Made by a program: the position numbers and the translations under genes
In this document: positions 21,881 through 31,581 of the stretch, one piece after another
Numbering within the stretch: position 1 is the stretch's first letter
How the letters are laid out: each line of letters opens with the position of its first letter
NCBI GenBank assembly: GCA_963777955.1
Contig: CAVZSQ010000015.1
Location: 64,001-128,000, forward strand
Source of the DNA: Calditrichia bacterium
GTDB taxonomy: Bacteria; Calditrichota; Calditrichia; JAJRVZ01
Direction: 5' to 3'
Length of the DNA: 64,000 bases
The notes under the pieces: model-generated
Told to the model about the DNA's origin: nothing
The model's input: only the letters and a program-made list of their open reading frames with translations
The model's database searches: none

Positions 21881-22821
21881 AGATTGCTTCGGTCACACCG
21901 GTGTGGATCCTGTTGCAGCCGCGGGATTATCTATCTTCGTATTTGTTGTATTCTTCCGTGTTCGCCGGTCTGATCGGTATTGTATTCGGCGGATTTTCAC
22001 TGCAGTACCCGGCTTATAATGCCTGGTATGTCCCGGCCATGGGTTCCATGTTTCCCATCTTATTCATAACCGTGGCCTGCGGAGCCTGCTCGGGCTTCCA
22101 TTCCATCGTCGCTTCCGGTACATCTTCAAAACAGTTGAATAAAGAATCGGATGCCAGGGTGGTAGGTTATGGCGCGATGCTGATTGAAGGACTGGTGGCA
22201 GTGATCGCGCTCTCTACTGTGGCCATACTTATCAAAGGGGATCCGCAAGCATCAAAAGAACCGCTGCAGATTTATGGTCTGGGTATGAGCAAATTTTTAG
22301 GGATACTGGGTATCCCGGCCGAGATTGGCTTTTCTTTCGGTTTATTAGCCCTGTCAACTTTTATTTTAACCACACTGGACACCGCAACCAGATTGGGCAG
22401 ATATATTTTTGAAGAGTTTTTCAATATTAAAGATCCAAAAATACGCTATCTGTCAACTCTGGCCACGCTGATCCTGCCTACAATTCTGGTGTTAATCGAA
22501 TTAAAGGATGCCAGCGGACATTTGATTCCGGCCTGGAAGGCGATCTGGCCTGTGTTCGGTGCAACCAATCAGTTGTTAGCCGGTTTAGCCCTGCTGGTAA
22601 TAGGGGTCTGGATGAAAAAACAGGGTAAAAAAAGTATGTTCGTTTTTTTCCCCATGGTCTTCATGGTCGTGATGACTGTCTGGGCCTTAATACTGCTGGT
22701 ATTTGAATTTAAGAACAATACGGTGGGTATAATCGCCGCTGCTTTGCTGGTACTGGCGATCTTACTCATTGTTGAAGCGGTAAAGACCATTAAAAAATTG
22801 AAAGCAAGTACCGGTATTTAA
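21877..22821 (+). pseudogene. cstA: Carbon starvation protein CstA, C-terminal half only
   Basis: Starts at the mid-protein motif ASVTPVWILLQPRDY; FITVACGACSGFHS, YGAMLIEG, TTLDTATRLGRY, WPVFGATNQLLA; N-terminal half absent. Confidence 0.75.
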
Positions 22822-22920
22822 TATTAAAAACCGCTAATTATCTTTCTACAGTTGTATAAGTTTTGAAAAATTATTATTATATCATGAATTTAAACTAATC
22901 AGACGATCCAGAATTATATT

Positions 22921-23448
22921 GTGAAGCAGAGACTACAACAAATTAAACTGATCTTATTCGACGTAGATGGCGTATTATGCAGCGGGGATATCAGTTATCT
23001 GGATACCGGCCAGGAAATAAAAACCTTTGACGTTCAGGATGGTATGGGTATCACCCTGGCGCACCGGGCAGGATTGATGACGGGTATCCTCACCGGACGG
23101 AAATCCAGGGCCATCACCCGGCGGAGCAAAGAACTTAAAATTACGATCCTGTCGCAGGGTGAATTCGATAAATGGCAGCCTTACCTGCTGATTAAAAAGA
23201 AACTAAAACTGCATGACCAGGAAATTTGCTATATTGGTGATGATGTTCTCGATCTGCCGGTTTTAAAAGCAGCCGGTTTTAGCGTGGCGGTGGCCAATGC
23301 CCGCGAGGAAGTAAAAGCGGTTGCCGATTATGTCACACTGGCTAAGGGAGGGCGGGGTGCAGTAAGAGAAGTAATTGATCTGATTTTGAAACGTCAGGGA
23401 AAATTTGACGTAGTGATAGAAAAACTGAGTCATACCGGGAAAACATGA
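22921..23448 (+). CDS. kdsC: KDO 8-phosphate phosphatase (HAD IIIA)
   Basis: FDVDGVL, KTFDVQDGMG, IGDDVLD, GGRGAVREV. Confidence 0.93.
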   Translation: MKQRLQQIKLILFDVDGVLCSGDISYLDTGQEIKTFDVQDGMGITLAHRAGLMTGILTGRKSRAITRRSKELKITILSQGEFDKWQPYLLIKKKLKLHDQEICYIGDDVLDLPVLKAAGFSVAVANAREEVKAVADYVTLAKGGRGAVREVIDLILKRQGKFDVVIEKLSHTGKT

Positions 23449-24284
23449 AATACAGCATTTTAATCTTACTTATTTTGTTTCTGACAAGTCGAGCGGCCTT
23501 CGCTCAATTGACGCTGGCCATCGGTGATTTTAAAAATGACAGCGAAGAATTTTATCTGGATGCCTGGGAGAAGTCCATTCCGGAATTTTTGAAGAGCGAC
23601 CTGGGCCAGGCTGAAGAATTGACCGTAGTGGAACGCCAGCAACTGGAGTCTGTACTGAACGAACAAGCCTTAAGCATGACCGGTCTGCTGGACAGTTCAG
23701 CACTGAAGACCGTTGGCAGGATGGTCGGAGCTCAGTATATCATCGGCGGTAAAATCAATCAGAGCGGAAAATGGATTCGTATCGATGCCCGGATCGTTCA
23801 GGTGGCCACTGGTGAGGTCAGGAGTGTCAGTGTGCGCAGCCGTGACGATCAGCATGTACAGGAAATGGTCAGCCTGTTGGCCAATAATATCCGCAATAAA
23901 CTGACCGGGAAAGCAGAGTACCGCAGCAGGGTGGTGCTGGGCAGGGATTATACACTTTACTTCCTTGGTGCAACGGCTGCCCTGGGTGCCGGGACTGTAC
24001 TGGCTAATAACACCTACCAGGATTATCTGGCTAAATATCATCAGGCGGGATTACTGACAGAATTTGATAAGCAATATGATCCGGCTAACCGCTGGCATAA
24101 TGCCCGGACTGTCTTTATTTCATTGACGGCCACTGCTGCGGTGGTGACCCTTTACAGTTGGATCGTGAATTTAACTCCGGAAGAAATTCTGGCGGTACAT
24201 GATCATGCTCCGGTTGCAGTGGTACCAATAGTTGTTCTAAATCAGAGGGATTATTTTGGTGCAGGAATCAGTGTCTGTTTTTAA
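23445..24284 (+). CDS. Secreted CsgG/FlgO-like domain protein with a C-terminal hydrophobic hairpin
   Basis: Signal peptide; VVERQQLESVLNEQAL, GRMVGAQYII.G, IDARIVQVATG pattern. Confidence 0.65.
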   Translation: MKYSILILLILFLTSRAAFAQLTLAIGDFKNDSEEFYLDAWEKSIPEFLKSDLGQAEELTVVERQQLESVLNEQALSMTGLLDSSALKTVGRMVGAQYIIGGKINQSGKWIRIDARIVQVATGEVRSVSVRSRDDQHVQEMVSLLANNIRNKLTGKAEYRSRVVLGRDYTLYFLGATAALGAGTVLANNTYQDYLAKYHQAGLLTEFDKQYDPANRWHNARTVFISLTATAAVVTLYSWIVNLTPEEILAVHDHAPVAVVPIVVLNQRDYFGAGISVCF

Positions 24285-25048
24285 CAAAAAGATATTTTTT
24301 CTGATCGGACTGGGTTTACTGAGCGGATGCTCGGATATACCCAGGGATAATTTGCTGGATCCTAAAAATAAAAACAGCATCAGGCCGCAGATAGTTGCTG
24401 TGGATGTCTTTGTCAATACCGGCAATGATCTGCAGTATAACCAATATATGCTAAGCGCACTCGATCAGTTGCAGCAAAAATATGCCGGCCAGATCAATAT
24501 TGCCGAGTATCACCGTAATACGACCGACTATACGGATCCTTTGACCCTGCCTGAAAATGAGATCCTCTATAATGTTTATCTCGCTGCCTTCGCTGCTCAG
24601 GGGAAAGGGGTACCGGATGTGTTCCTGAACGGTATCGCTGAGCGGATACAGGGAGCCTCGAGTATTGCTACGGCTGTAATTCGTCTGGAACAGGCTCTGC
24701 AGCCGCTGTTACTGCAGAACAGTTTTTTTACTATAGAATCTGAAATTAATCGTAATGATGACCAGGCCGATATCAGCATAAAATTGGCGCGGTTGGGCTC
24801 GACTGGATGCACATGATCTGCTGTTAAAAACAATACTTACCGAGCAGATCGACAACCAATCCCTGAAAAGAGTAGTACGCCGGGTTTTAAAGTCCGATGT
24901 AATCCCGGATCTAGCCGCCGGTGAAATAAAAACAATTGACTTCCACCTGATCGGTCTGGCCGATACTGCAAACTATAAGATACTGTTTAACCTTTCTTCT
25001 GACGATGAACTTGATGTATATCAAAGTGTAGAAATGAGTTTGCCATGA
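24256..25048 (+). CDS. Lipoprotein, Omp28-like (thioredoxin-like plus Ig fold); apparent frameshift near 24805
   Basis: Lipobox LLSGC; AEYH...DP...GVPDVFLNG; continues in another frame (KRVVRR...) to TGA 25048, overlapping the next ATG. Confidence 0.55.
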
Positions 25049-25713
25049 AACCAGTCATCGTTGTTCTGCTCTGCCTGGCTGTACTGGAATTCTCCTCCTG
25101 TAAACTGGATGAATTGATTAAAAATATTGAACCACCGCAGGTCAGTAATATTTTTACAACCGCCGAAAGTTTCATGGTTAATCCGGGTGATACGGCCTTG
25201 TTCTGGGTGGAAGCGACAGATCCGCAGGATGAAACATTGACCTACATGTGGACCCTGGGAGTCGGAGAGATTATTGGTTCGGTAAAGTTGGATACACTGA
25301 CCTGGAAAGCTCCATTAAGCGGCGGTAATTTCCCGGTATCAGTAAAAGTATCCAATTCCGAGGAAAGCGTCACCAAGAGTGATAATATTACGGTAATCTC
25401 CTTTATCCGGCCTTATGTGAAAATAATTCACCCTTCAGCCAGTGATTACCTGGTGCAATATCAGCCTGCCGCCGTCGAAGCCAGAGCTTATCATGATAAT
25501 GGATTGACGCAAGTGCAACTATGGATTAATGATGTCATTGTCACCGGCCAACCTGGTGTAACGGCTCTGGATTATCAATTCGACTGGGATGGCGTGGCAC
25601 CTGCCGGTATGATTGAAATTAAGATTTCAGCGGTATCAAAAATTACGGCTATGACTGGCTCAGACAGCATCCGCGTACCTCTGGAAGGGATCGTTCGTGG
25701 TAAAAAAAATTAA
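25045..25713 (+). CDS. Lipoprotein with two Ig-like domains
   Basis: Lipobox FSSC; ATDPQDETLTYMW, TWKAP; second domain AYHDNGLTQVQLWIN...YQFDWD. Confidence 0.6.
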   Translation: MKPVIVVLLCLAVLEFSSCKLDELIKNIEPPQVSNIFTTAESFMVNPGDTALFWVEATDPQDETLTYMWTLGVGEIIGSVKLDTLTWKAPLSGGNFPVSVKVSNSEESVTKSDNITVISFIRPYVKIIHPSASDYLVQYQPAAVEARAYHDNGLTQVQLWINDVIVTGQPGVTALDYQFDWDGVAPAGMIEIKISAVSKITAMTGSDSIRVPLEGIVRGKKN

Positions 25714-26689
25714 AAAACCGGTTATTGATAAAAACATCAAAGCCGGCCGCAGAGTAGTCCGGCTGGAAGCCCGCTCGGTCAAGGCCCTGGAAAGCAGGAT
25801 CGACCGGAGTTTTTCCCGTGCTGTCAATCTTATTTACAAGGTTAAAGGGCGGGTGATTGTAACCGGTCTGGGAAAATCAGGCGTGATCGGGCGTAAAATT
25901 TCCGCTACTCTGACCAGTACCGGCACGGCATCATATTTTTTACATGCTGCCGAAGGTTCCCATGGCGATCTGGGCATAGTGCACCGCGATGACGTGGCCA
26001 TCTGCATTTCAAAAAGCGGCGAAACCCAGGAATTACAGAACCTGGTAACGGTTTTTAAAAAATTAAAAATTCCGATCATTGCCATGACCGGTGAATTGAA
26101 ATCATCGCTGGCTGAGAATGCCGATGTGGTCCTGAATGTGGCTGTCAAGGAAGAAGCCTGTCCGCATGACCTGGCCCCCACCACCAGCACCACAGCTACC
26201 CTGGTTATGGGCGATGCACTGGCTATCGCCCTGTTGGAGAAACGTAACTTTTCGCGGGAAGAGTTTGCTTTTATTCATCCGGGCGGAAGTCTTGGTAAAA
26301 AACTCCTGACTACCGTGGATGACCTGATGGAAAAAAATGAGAATCTTCCGCATTGTACGTATCAGGATGATATGCGGCGGGTTACCATTGAAATGGCCCA
26401 TAAAAGGGGAATTTGTCCCATCGTCGATGAACAATTCCGGGTTATAGGCGTTATAACTACCGGCGATTTAAACAGGTTGCTGGAACAACGGGAGCAGTTT
26501 TTTGATCTGGTAGCAGAAACTGTGATGACTAAAAATCCAAAGATAGTAACTTCCGGTACATTGGCCTCGGAAGCTCTGGAAAAGATGGAGCACTACCGGG
26601 TAGTGGCCTTGCCGGTGATCAACGGCGACCGGAAATTAATCGGCGTAGTCCACCTCCATGATATTTTACAGACGGGCATAAGAAATTGA
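25697..26689 (+). CDS. kdsD: Arabinose-5-phosphate isomerase (KpsF/GutQ, SIS plus CBS)
   Basis: TGLGKSG, HGDLG, SKSGET, EACPHDLAPTTST, HPGGSLG. Confidence 0.95.
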   Translation: MVKKIKKPVIDKNIKAGRRVVRLEARSVKALESRIDRSFSRAVNLIYKVKGRVIVTGLGKSGVIGRKISATLTSTGTASYFLHAAEGSHGDLGIVHRDDVAICISKSGETQELQNLVTVFKKLKIPIIAMTGELKSSLAENADVVLNVAVKEEACPHDLAPTTSTTATLVMGDALAIALLEKRNFSREEFAFIHPGGSLGKKLLTTVDDLMEKNENLPHCTYQDDMRRVTIEMAHKRGICPIVDEQFRVIGVITTGDLNRLLEQREQFFDLVAETVMTKNPKIVTSGTLASEALEKMEHYRVVALPVINGDRKLIGVVHLHDILQTGIRN

Positions 26690-27234
26690 AAATGAAAACG
26701 GCTCATGTATTGTTTATACTATTTTTGCTGATTTCCTCGTGCACAAAACTCGAAGATCAGGATTCCTCCGCAACCTCCAGCAATGAATATCCCGATCAGG
26801 AAAGTTGGAATGCTAAAATGTATTTTACCCGCGATGGAAAACGGCAGGCGGTTTTAACCGCGGGATATATTGCCAAATACTCCAGTCAGCATTATACCCT
26901 CTTGAGAGAGGCCGTGCGCGTGGATTTCTATGATAGCGAAGGTAAGGTAAAGTCAGTTCTGACATCGCGGGAGGGCAAAGTTATGGATGAGACCCAGGAT
27001 ATGATTGCCACCGGCAACGTTGAACTGGTTTCCAACAACGGGACCCATCTGTATGCCGATGAATTGTTCTGGGATAACAAACCTGCCAAAATACGATCCA
27101 GGGTACCGGTCAAGATAACAACTAAGACCGATACGCTTTTTGGTGATACCTTCCTCTCCGATCCTGATCTTAACGATTATGAGATAACCAATCCGCACGG
27201 CTCTTCACAAAAAACTATTAATATTCATGAGTAA
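26686..27234 (+). CDS. lptC: LPS export protein LptC
   Basis: Lipoprotein-like signal; PDQESW, VDFYD, ATGNV, ELFWD jellyroll pattern; synteny with kdsD and lptB. Confidence 0.8.
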   Translation: MKMKTAHVLFILFLLISSCTKLEDQDSSATSSNEYPDQESWNAKMYFTRDGKRQAVLTAGYIAKYSSQHYTLLREAVRVDFYDSEGKVKSVLTSREGKVMDETQDMIATGNVELVSNNGTHLYADELFWDNKPAKIRSRVPVKITTKTDTLFGDTFLSDPDLNDYEITNPHGSSQKTINIHE

Positions 27235-28333
27235 AGTTCATCTCTTTTTCTGTGTGCTCATGTTATTGCTGGCCGCCACGCTGCTTTATCCCGGTGACAA
27301 TCTGTTCTATCTGGTTCATGCTGATAAATCCGTTGGCCAGCTGGTCGATGGAGAAAGAATCCGGATTTTATCCGGTCATATTGTTGCCTACCAGGATACC
27401 TTGCGCATGTACTGTGATGAGGCAACTTTCTATGAAGACAGGGAGCAGATTATATTTATCGGTAATGTTTTGATCTTTGACGGGCACCATAAACTATGGG
27501 CTGATAAAATTCTTTATTTCACAGCTCGCCGGTATGCCGAATGTTACGGAAATGTCCGGATCAGCGGTGCAAATGATTCGCTGTATGCTGAAAAATTCAT
27601 CTACCAGTTCAGGGAACGAAACGCCGAAGGCGAACAAAATCTTTATATCCATGATAAGCAAAACGATGTATCCATCTGGGGTGATGCCGGAAAATATCTT
27701 TATGCCAATCGTTATAGTATGGTTACAGGGCATGCCAGGTTCAGGCAAATCAGTGCTGACCGGCAGGACACGCTATTGATCACGGCCAAAAAACTGGAAT
27801 ACTTTGCTGCGGAACCCAAACGGGCCTATGCCCTGGAACAGGTCATGATCTACAAAGACCAGGTAAAGGCCAGTTGTGACTCCGCTACCTACCTGATCAG
27901 TGCAGAAATAGTTAAACTGCGAGTTAATCCACTGGCCTGGCAGGATCAGAATGAGATGAGCGGTAAAACCATCGATCTGCTGCTGGACAGTCTGAAAATA
28001 AATCAGATTGATATAAATGAAAATGCGCATTTAAAGAGTCTGACGACAGAGATAACCGATTCCACTCAAAAAAAATATAATCATCTGCGCGGTAAAACGA
28101 TTCAAATCGAACTGGAAAATAGTCAACCCCAGCGAGTAATAGCGCGTCACAATGCTACCAGCGTGTATGTGGCAATCGAGGATTCGTTGAACCAGGGTAC
28201 CAATTCATCAAGTTCTGACAGCATCCTGGTTTTATTTAAAACCGGAGAAATCGACAGCATTGCCATTATCGGTGGCATAGAAGGAATTTTTTATCCTGCA
28301 GATTATAAAGGGGAGATCAAGGGTGAGCAGTGA
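27227..28333 (+). CDS. lptA: LptA/OstA-like protein (long form)
   Basis: Repeated CD.A / GNV jellyroll motifs; lies between lptC and lptB. Confidence 0.7.
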   Translation: MSKVHLFFCVLMLLLAATLLYPGDNLFYLVHADKSVGQLVDGERIRILSGHIVAYQDTLRMYCDEATFYEDREQIIFIGNVLIFDGHHKLWADKILYFTARRYAECYGNVRISGANDSLYAEKFIYQFRERNAEGEQNLYIHDKQNDVSIWGDAGKYLYANRYSMVTGHARFRQISADRQDTLLITAKKLEYFAAEPKRAYALEQVMIYKDQVKASCDSATYLISAEIVKLRVNPLAWQDQNEMSGKTIDLLLDSLKINQIDINENAHLKSLTTEITDSTQKKYNHLRGKTIQIELENSQPQRVIARHNATSVYVAIEDSLNQGTNSSSSDSILVLFKTGEIDSIAIIGGIEGIFYPADYKGEIKGEQ

Positions 28334-29075
28334 AAGCAATCTTGGCGGGCAGATACTGGCGGCCTCCAATCTTCAGAAAATTTACGGGAAACGTACCGTC
28401 GTAAAGGATGTTTCGTTGCATGTCCGGCAGGGCGAGATTGTCGGTCTGCTGGGGCCCAATGGTGCCGGTAAAACGACGACTTTTTACATGATGACCGGGA
28501 TGATCAAACCGAATGCCGGCAAAATAATGATTGATGATCAGGAAATAACCAGGATCCCCATGTACCGGCGGGCCCGTCGTGGTTTATCCTACCTTCCTCA
28601 GGAAGCTTCTATTTTCCGGAAACTGACTGTTGAAGACAACCTGCTGGCCATCATGCAGACCATCGGTATACGCGCTCAGGAACGTAAGATCCGCTGCCAG
28701 CAATTATTGACAGAATTAAGTATAATCCATCTGGCCCGCAGCAAAGGGTATAATCTGTCCGGCGGTGAAAGACGCCGTACAGAAATTGCCCGTACGCTGG
28801 TGACTAATCCTCATTTTATCCTGCTGGACGAGCCTTTTGCCGGTATTGATCCGATTGCCGTCGAAGATATACAAAATATAGTTCATGGATTGAGAACCAG
28901 GGGCATTGGCGTGCTGATCACCGACCATAATGTACACGAAACATTATCGATAACCGACCGGGCCTACCTGCTGTTCGAAGGATCCATCCTAAAAGAAGGA
29001 ACTTCCTCTTATCTGGCCAATGATCCGGAAGCAAGAAAATTATACCTGGGAGAAAAATTCAAACTCGATAGATAA
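28323..29075 (+). CDS. lptB: LPS export ABC ATPase
   Basis: GPNGAGKTTTFYM, YLPQEASIF, LSGGERRR, DEPFAGIDP, ITDHNV. Confidence 0.96.
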   Translation: MSSESNLGGQILAASNLQKIYGKRTVVKDVSLHVRQGEIVGLLGPNGAGKTTTFYMMTGMIKPNAGKIMIDDQEITRIPMYRRARRGLSYLPQEASIFRKLTVEDNLLAIMQTIGIRAQERKIRCQQLLTELSIIHLARSKGYNLSGGERRRTEIARTLVTNPHFILLDEPFAGIDPIAVEDIQNIVHGLRTRGIGVLITDHNVHETLSITDRAYLLFEGSILKEGTSSYLANDPEARKLYLGEKFKLDR

Positions 29076-29269
29076 CCGGTCACGGTATTAAAGTAGCTGA
29101 TTTCTTCTGCCGCGATTCAGATTTAATCCAATTTTAAAAGACTAATTGATAAAAATAGTAATAAATCTTAAATTTACTACCGAACATAGAACATTGCAGC
29201 CAGGGATATGGAATAGATATTAATAAAATAGTGTTGTGCTCAATCAGCAGATCAGCATAGGATTACTTT

Positions 29270-29689
29270 ATGAAACGAATATTGATTGTATGTAATACAA
29301 ATTCAAGTATGAGTCAGATCGCCGAGGCTTTCCTCAGACACCTGACCTTCAGCAGGGTGGAGGTTTACAGTGCCGGCATCACACCCAGGAATATTCATCC
29401 GCTGGCTGTTAAGGTGATGAAAGAACTTGGTATCGATATTTCGCAAAATCACAACAGATCTGTAAATGAATTTTATAACGATCGGTTCGACTTCATTATA
29501 ACCCTGCAGGACGAAGCAAGAGAAAAAAGCCCGATCTTCCAGGGCAGCCATACAAAAATTCATAAAAGTCTGGATGATCCCGGCCAGGCAAAAGGAAGTG
29601 ACAGTCAAAAATTGGAAGTCTTCCGCAAAAGCCGTGATCAGATCAAGGACTGGGTCACCGATTTCATCGAAAGATATCAATTACTTTAG
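29270..29689 (+). CDS. ArsC/LMW-PTP-fold protein with a degenerate active site
   Basis: SQIAEA, SAG, HPLAVKVMKELGIDIS, DDP, FRKSRDQI; P-loop CNTNSSM lacks the Arg. Confidence 0.8.
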   Translation: MKRILIVCNTNSSMSQIAEAFLRHLTFSRVEVYSAGITPRNIHPLAVKVMKELGIDISQNHNRSVNEFYNDRFDFIITLQDEAREKSPIFQGSHTKIHKSLDDPGQAKGSDSQKLEVFRKSRDQIKDWVTDFIERYQLL

Positions 29690-29858
29690 ACCATTACTTT
29701 CCCGTCATTATTATATTCCTGCTTTACATTCCTTCAGGTCTGCATTGGGAAAATTTGCTAAAATTATTCTTGATTTTTCGGATATTCGGTCGAAATAAAG
29801 GGAAAGATTTTATTTCTGAATGGATTGTGACTAACAGTCAATTACTCTGGAGAACGAT

Positions 29859-31328
29859 ATGCAAAATCTGGTGAGAAAACAGTTGCCTGGAATGCCATTG
29901 TATGTATTGGTTTTTCTTTTGTTTACTACCATTTCTACCGTCTTCGCCGGCGGAGAAGCTGAACCAGGGGTGCCCCTGGGAAATCAATTACCGTTATGGA
30001 GCATTATCCCATTTGTCGGCATACTTTTGTCCATAGCCCTGATGCCTCTGCTGACTCCGCATTTCTGGCATCATCATTTTCCAAAAGTTTCGGCAGCCTG
30101 GGCCTTGATTTTCGCGATACCATTCTTATTTGCATACAAAGGTCAGGCCTGGCATGAAATCGTGCATATTTATATTGTAGACTATATACCCTTTATTATT
30201 TTATTGTGGGGATTGTACACCATTGCCGGAGGTATTTTAGTAAAGGGCAGTTTGAAGGGGACACCGGCGGTAAATTTATTGATTATCCTGGTAGGTACTT
30301 TTCTGGCTTCCTGGGTGGGTACCACAGGCGCGGCCATGATCACCATTCGTCCTTTGTTGCGTGCTAATGCGGAACGTAAATATAAGGCCCACCTGATCGT
30401 ATTTTTTATTTTTTTGGTTGCCAATATCGGAGGAGTGCTGACACCGCTTGGTGATCCACCCCTGTTCCTGGGATTCTTACACGGGGTCAGTTTTTTCTGG
30501 ACACTTAACTTGTATCCTGAATTAATATTTTTAGTAATCTGCCTGTCCATAATTTTGTATATCTGGGATTCGATACTCTATAAAAAAGAGGTACTTACCA
30601 TAAATCCGGCTGAAAACAAGGAGCCACTGAAGATTGTAGGTGCCCACAATTTTATTTTTCTGCTGGGTATTGTGGCAGCCGTATTGTTCAGCGGTCTTGT
30701 CGAGATGGGAGAGGTCAACCTGCTGGGGGTACACCGTACTGTCCAGAGTCTGATCCGGGATGGCTGGACAATTCTGATGGGGATTCTTTCGCTTATATTC
30801 ACGCTCAAATCCATCCGCAAGGATAACGAGTTTACCTGGGGACCGATTAAAGAGGTTGCCTATTTATTTGCCGGTATTTTTATGACCATTATTCCGGCTA
30901 TAGCGATATTACTGGCCGGTGAACATGGAGCCATGGCAGCGTTAATCCGCGCCGTAGAAACACCCAAGCACTTTTTCTTTATGTCCGGTGCTCTTTCCAG
31001 TTTCCTGGATAATGCACCGACCTATCTGACCTTTTTTAATACAGCACTGGGAAAACTGGGTTTGACTGAAGGTGTGATCCGGGATGCCTTTGCGGCCGGG
31101 ACTATCAGTACAGCCTATCCCGAATTTGAAAGCCTGATCAAAGGTGTATCGCTGGGGGCGGTTTTCATGGGCGCCAATACCTATATAGGTAATGCTCCCA
31201 ATTTTATGGTCAAGTCAATTGCCGAAGAAGCAGGTATAAACATGCCCAGTTTCTTCGGATATATGTTCAAATATTCCATTGTGGTACTGATTCCGCTGTT
31301 TATCCTGGTCGCCTGGATTTTTCTATAG
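29859..31328 (+). CDS. Ion-transporter-superfamily permease (putative Na+/H+ antiporter or carboxylate transporter)
   Basis: GTTGAAM, ANIGGVLTPLGDPPLFLGF, SSFLDNAPTY, GANTYIGNAPNFMVK; many TM helices. Confidence 0.8.
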   Translation: MQNLVRKQLPGMPLYVLVFLLFTTISTVFAGGEAEPGVPLGNQLPLWSIIPFVGILLSIALMPLLTPHFWHHHFPKVSAAWALIFAIPFLFAYKGQAWHEIVHIYIVDYIPFIILLWGLYTIAGGILVKGSLKGTPAVNLLIILVGTFLASWVGTTGAAMITIRPLLRANAERKYKAHLIVFFIFLVANIGGVLTPLGDPPLFLGFLHGVSFFWTLNLYPELIFLVICLSIILYIWDSILYKKEVLTINPAENKEPLKIVGAHNFIFLLGIVAAVLFSGLVEMGEVNLLGVHRTVQSLIRDGWTILMGILSLIFTLKSIRKDNEFTWGPIKEVAYLFAGIFMTIIPAIAILLAGEHGAMAALIRAVETPKHFFFMSGALSSFLDNAPTYLTFFNTALGKLGLTEGVIRDAFAAGTISTAYPEFESLIKGVSLGAVFMGANTYIGNAPNFMVKSIAEEAGINMPSFFGYMFKYSIVVLIPLFILVAWIFL

Positions 31329-31378
31329 ACCATAATTTCAGTTCCTGAATTAATGATAAACTGAGGAGAACTTATAAT

Positions 31379-31463
31379 TGTCATTCTGAAGAATCTTATG
31401 ATAATCGAACAGATAGGATTCTTCTGGCAAGACCTGGCGCAAGACAGGCTCGTCAGCATGACA
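31379..31463. repeat. REP-like inverted doublet (TGTCATTCTGA...GAAGAATC family)
   Basis: TGTCATTCTGAAGAATC...GATTCTTC...CTCGTCAGCATGACA; the same unit recurs at 39386-39430. Confidence 0.65.
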
Positions 31464-31581
31464 CTTTTGCTTTTGAACAATACTTAGTTTTTTATTTTCT
31501 TAATATACCAGCCCTCATTATTTTTATTTTAAATCCTTTTTTAATAAATTGATTGACAGTACAGGCCAGGAAGGAGTATTT

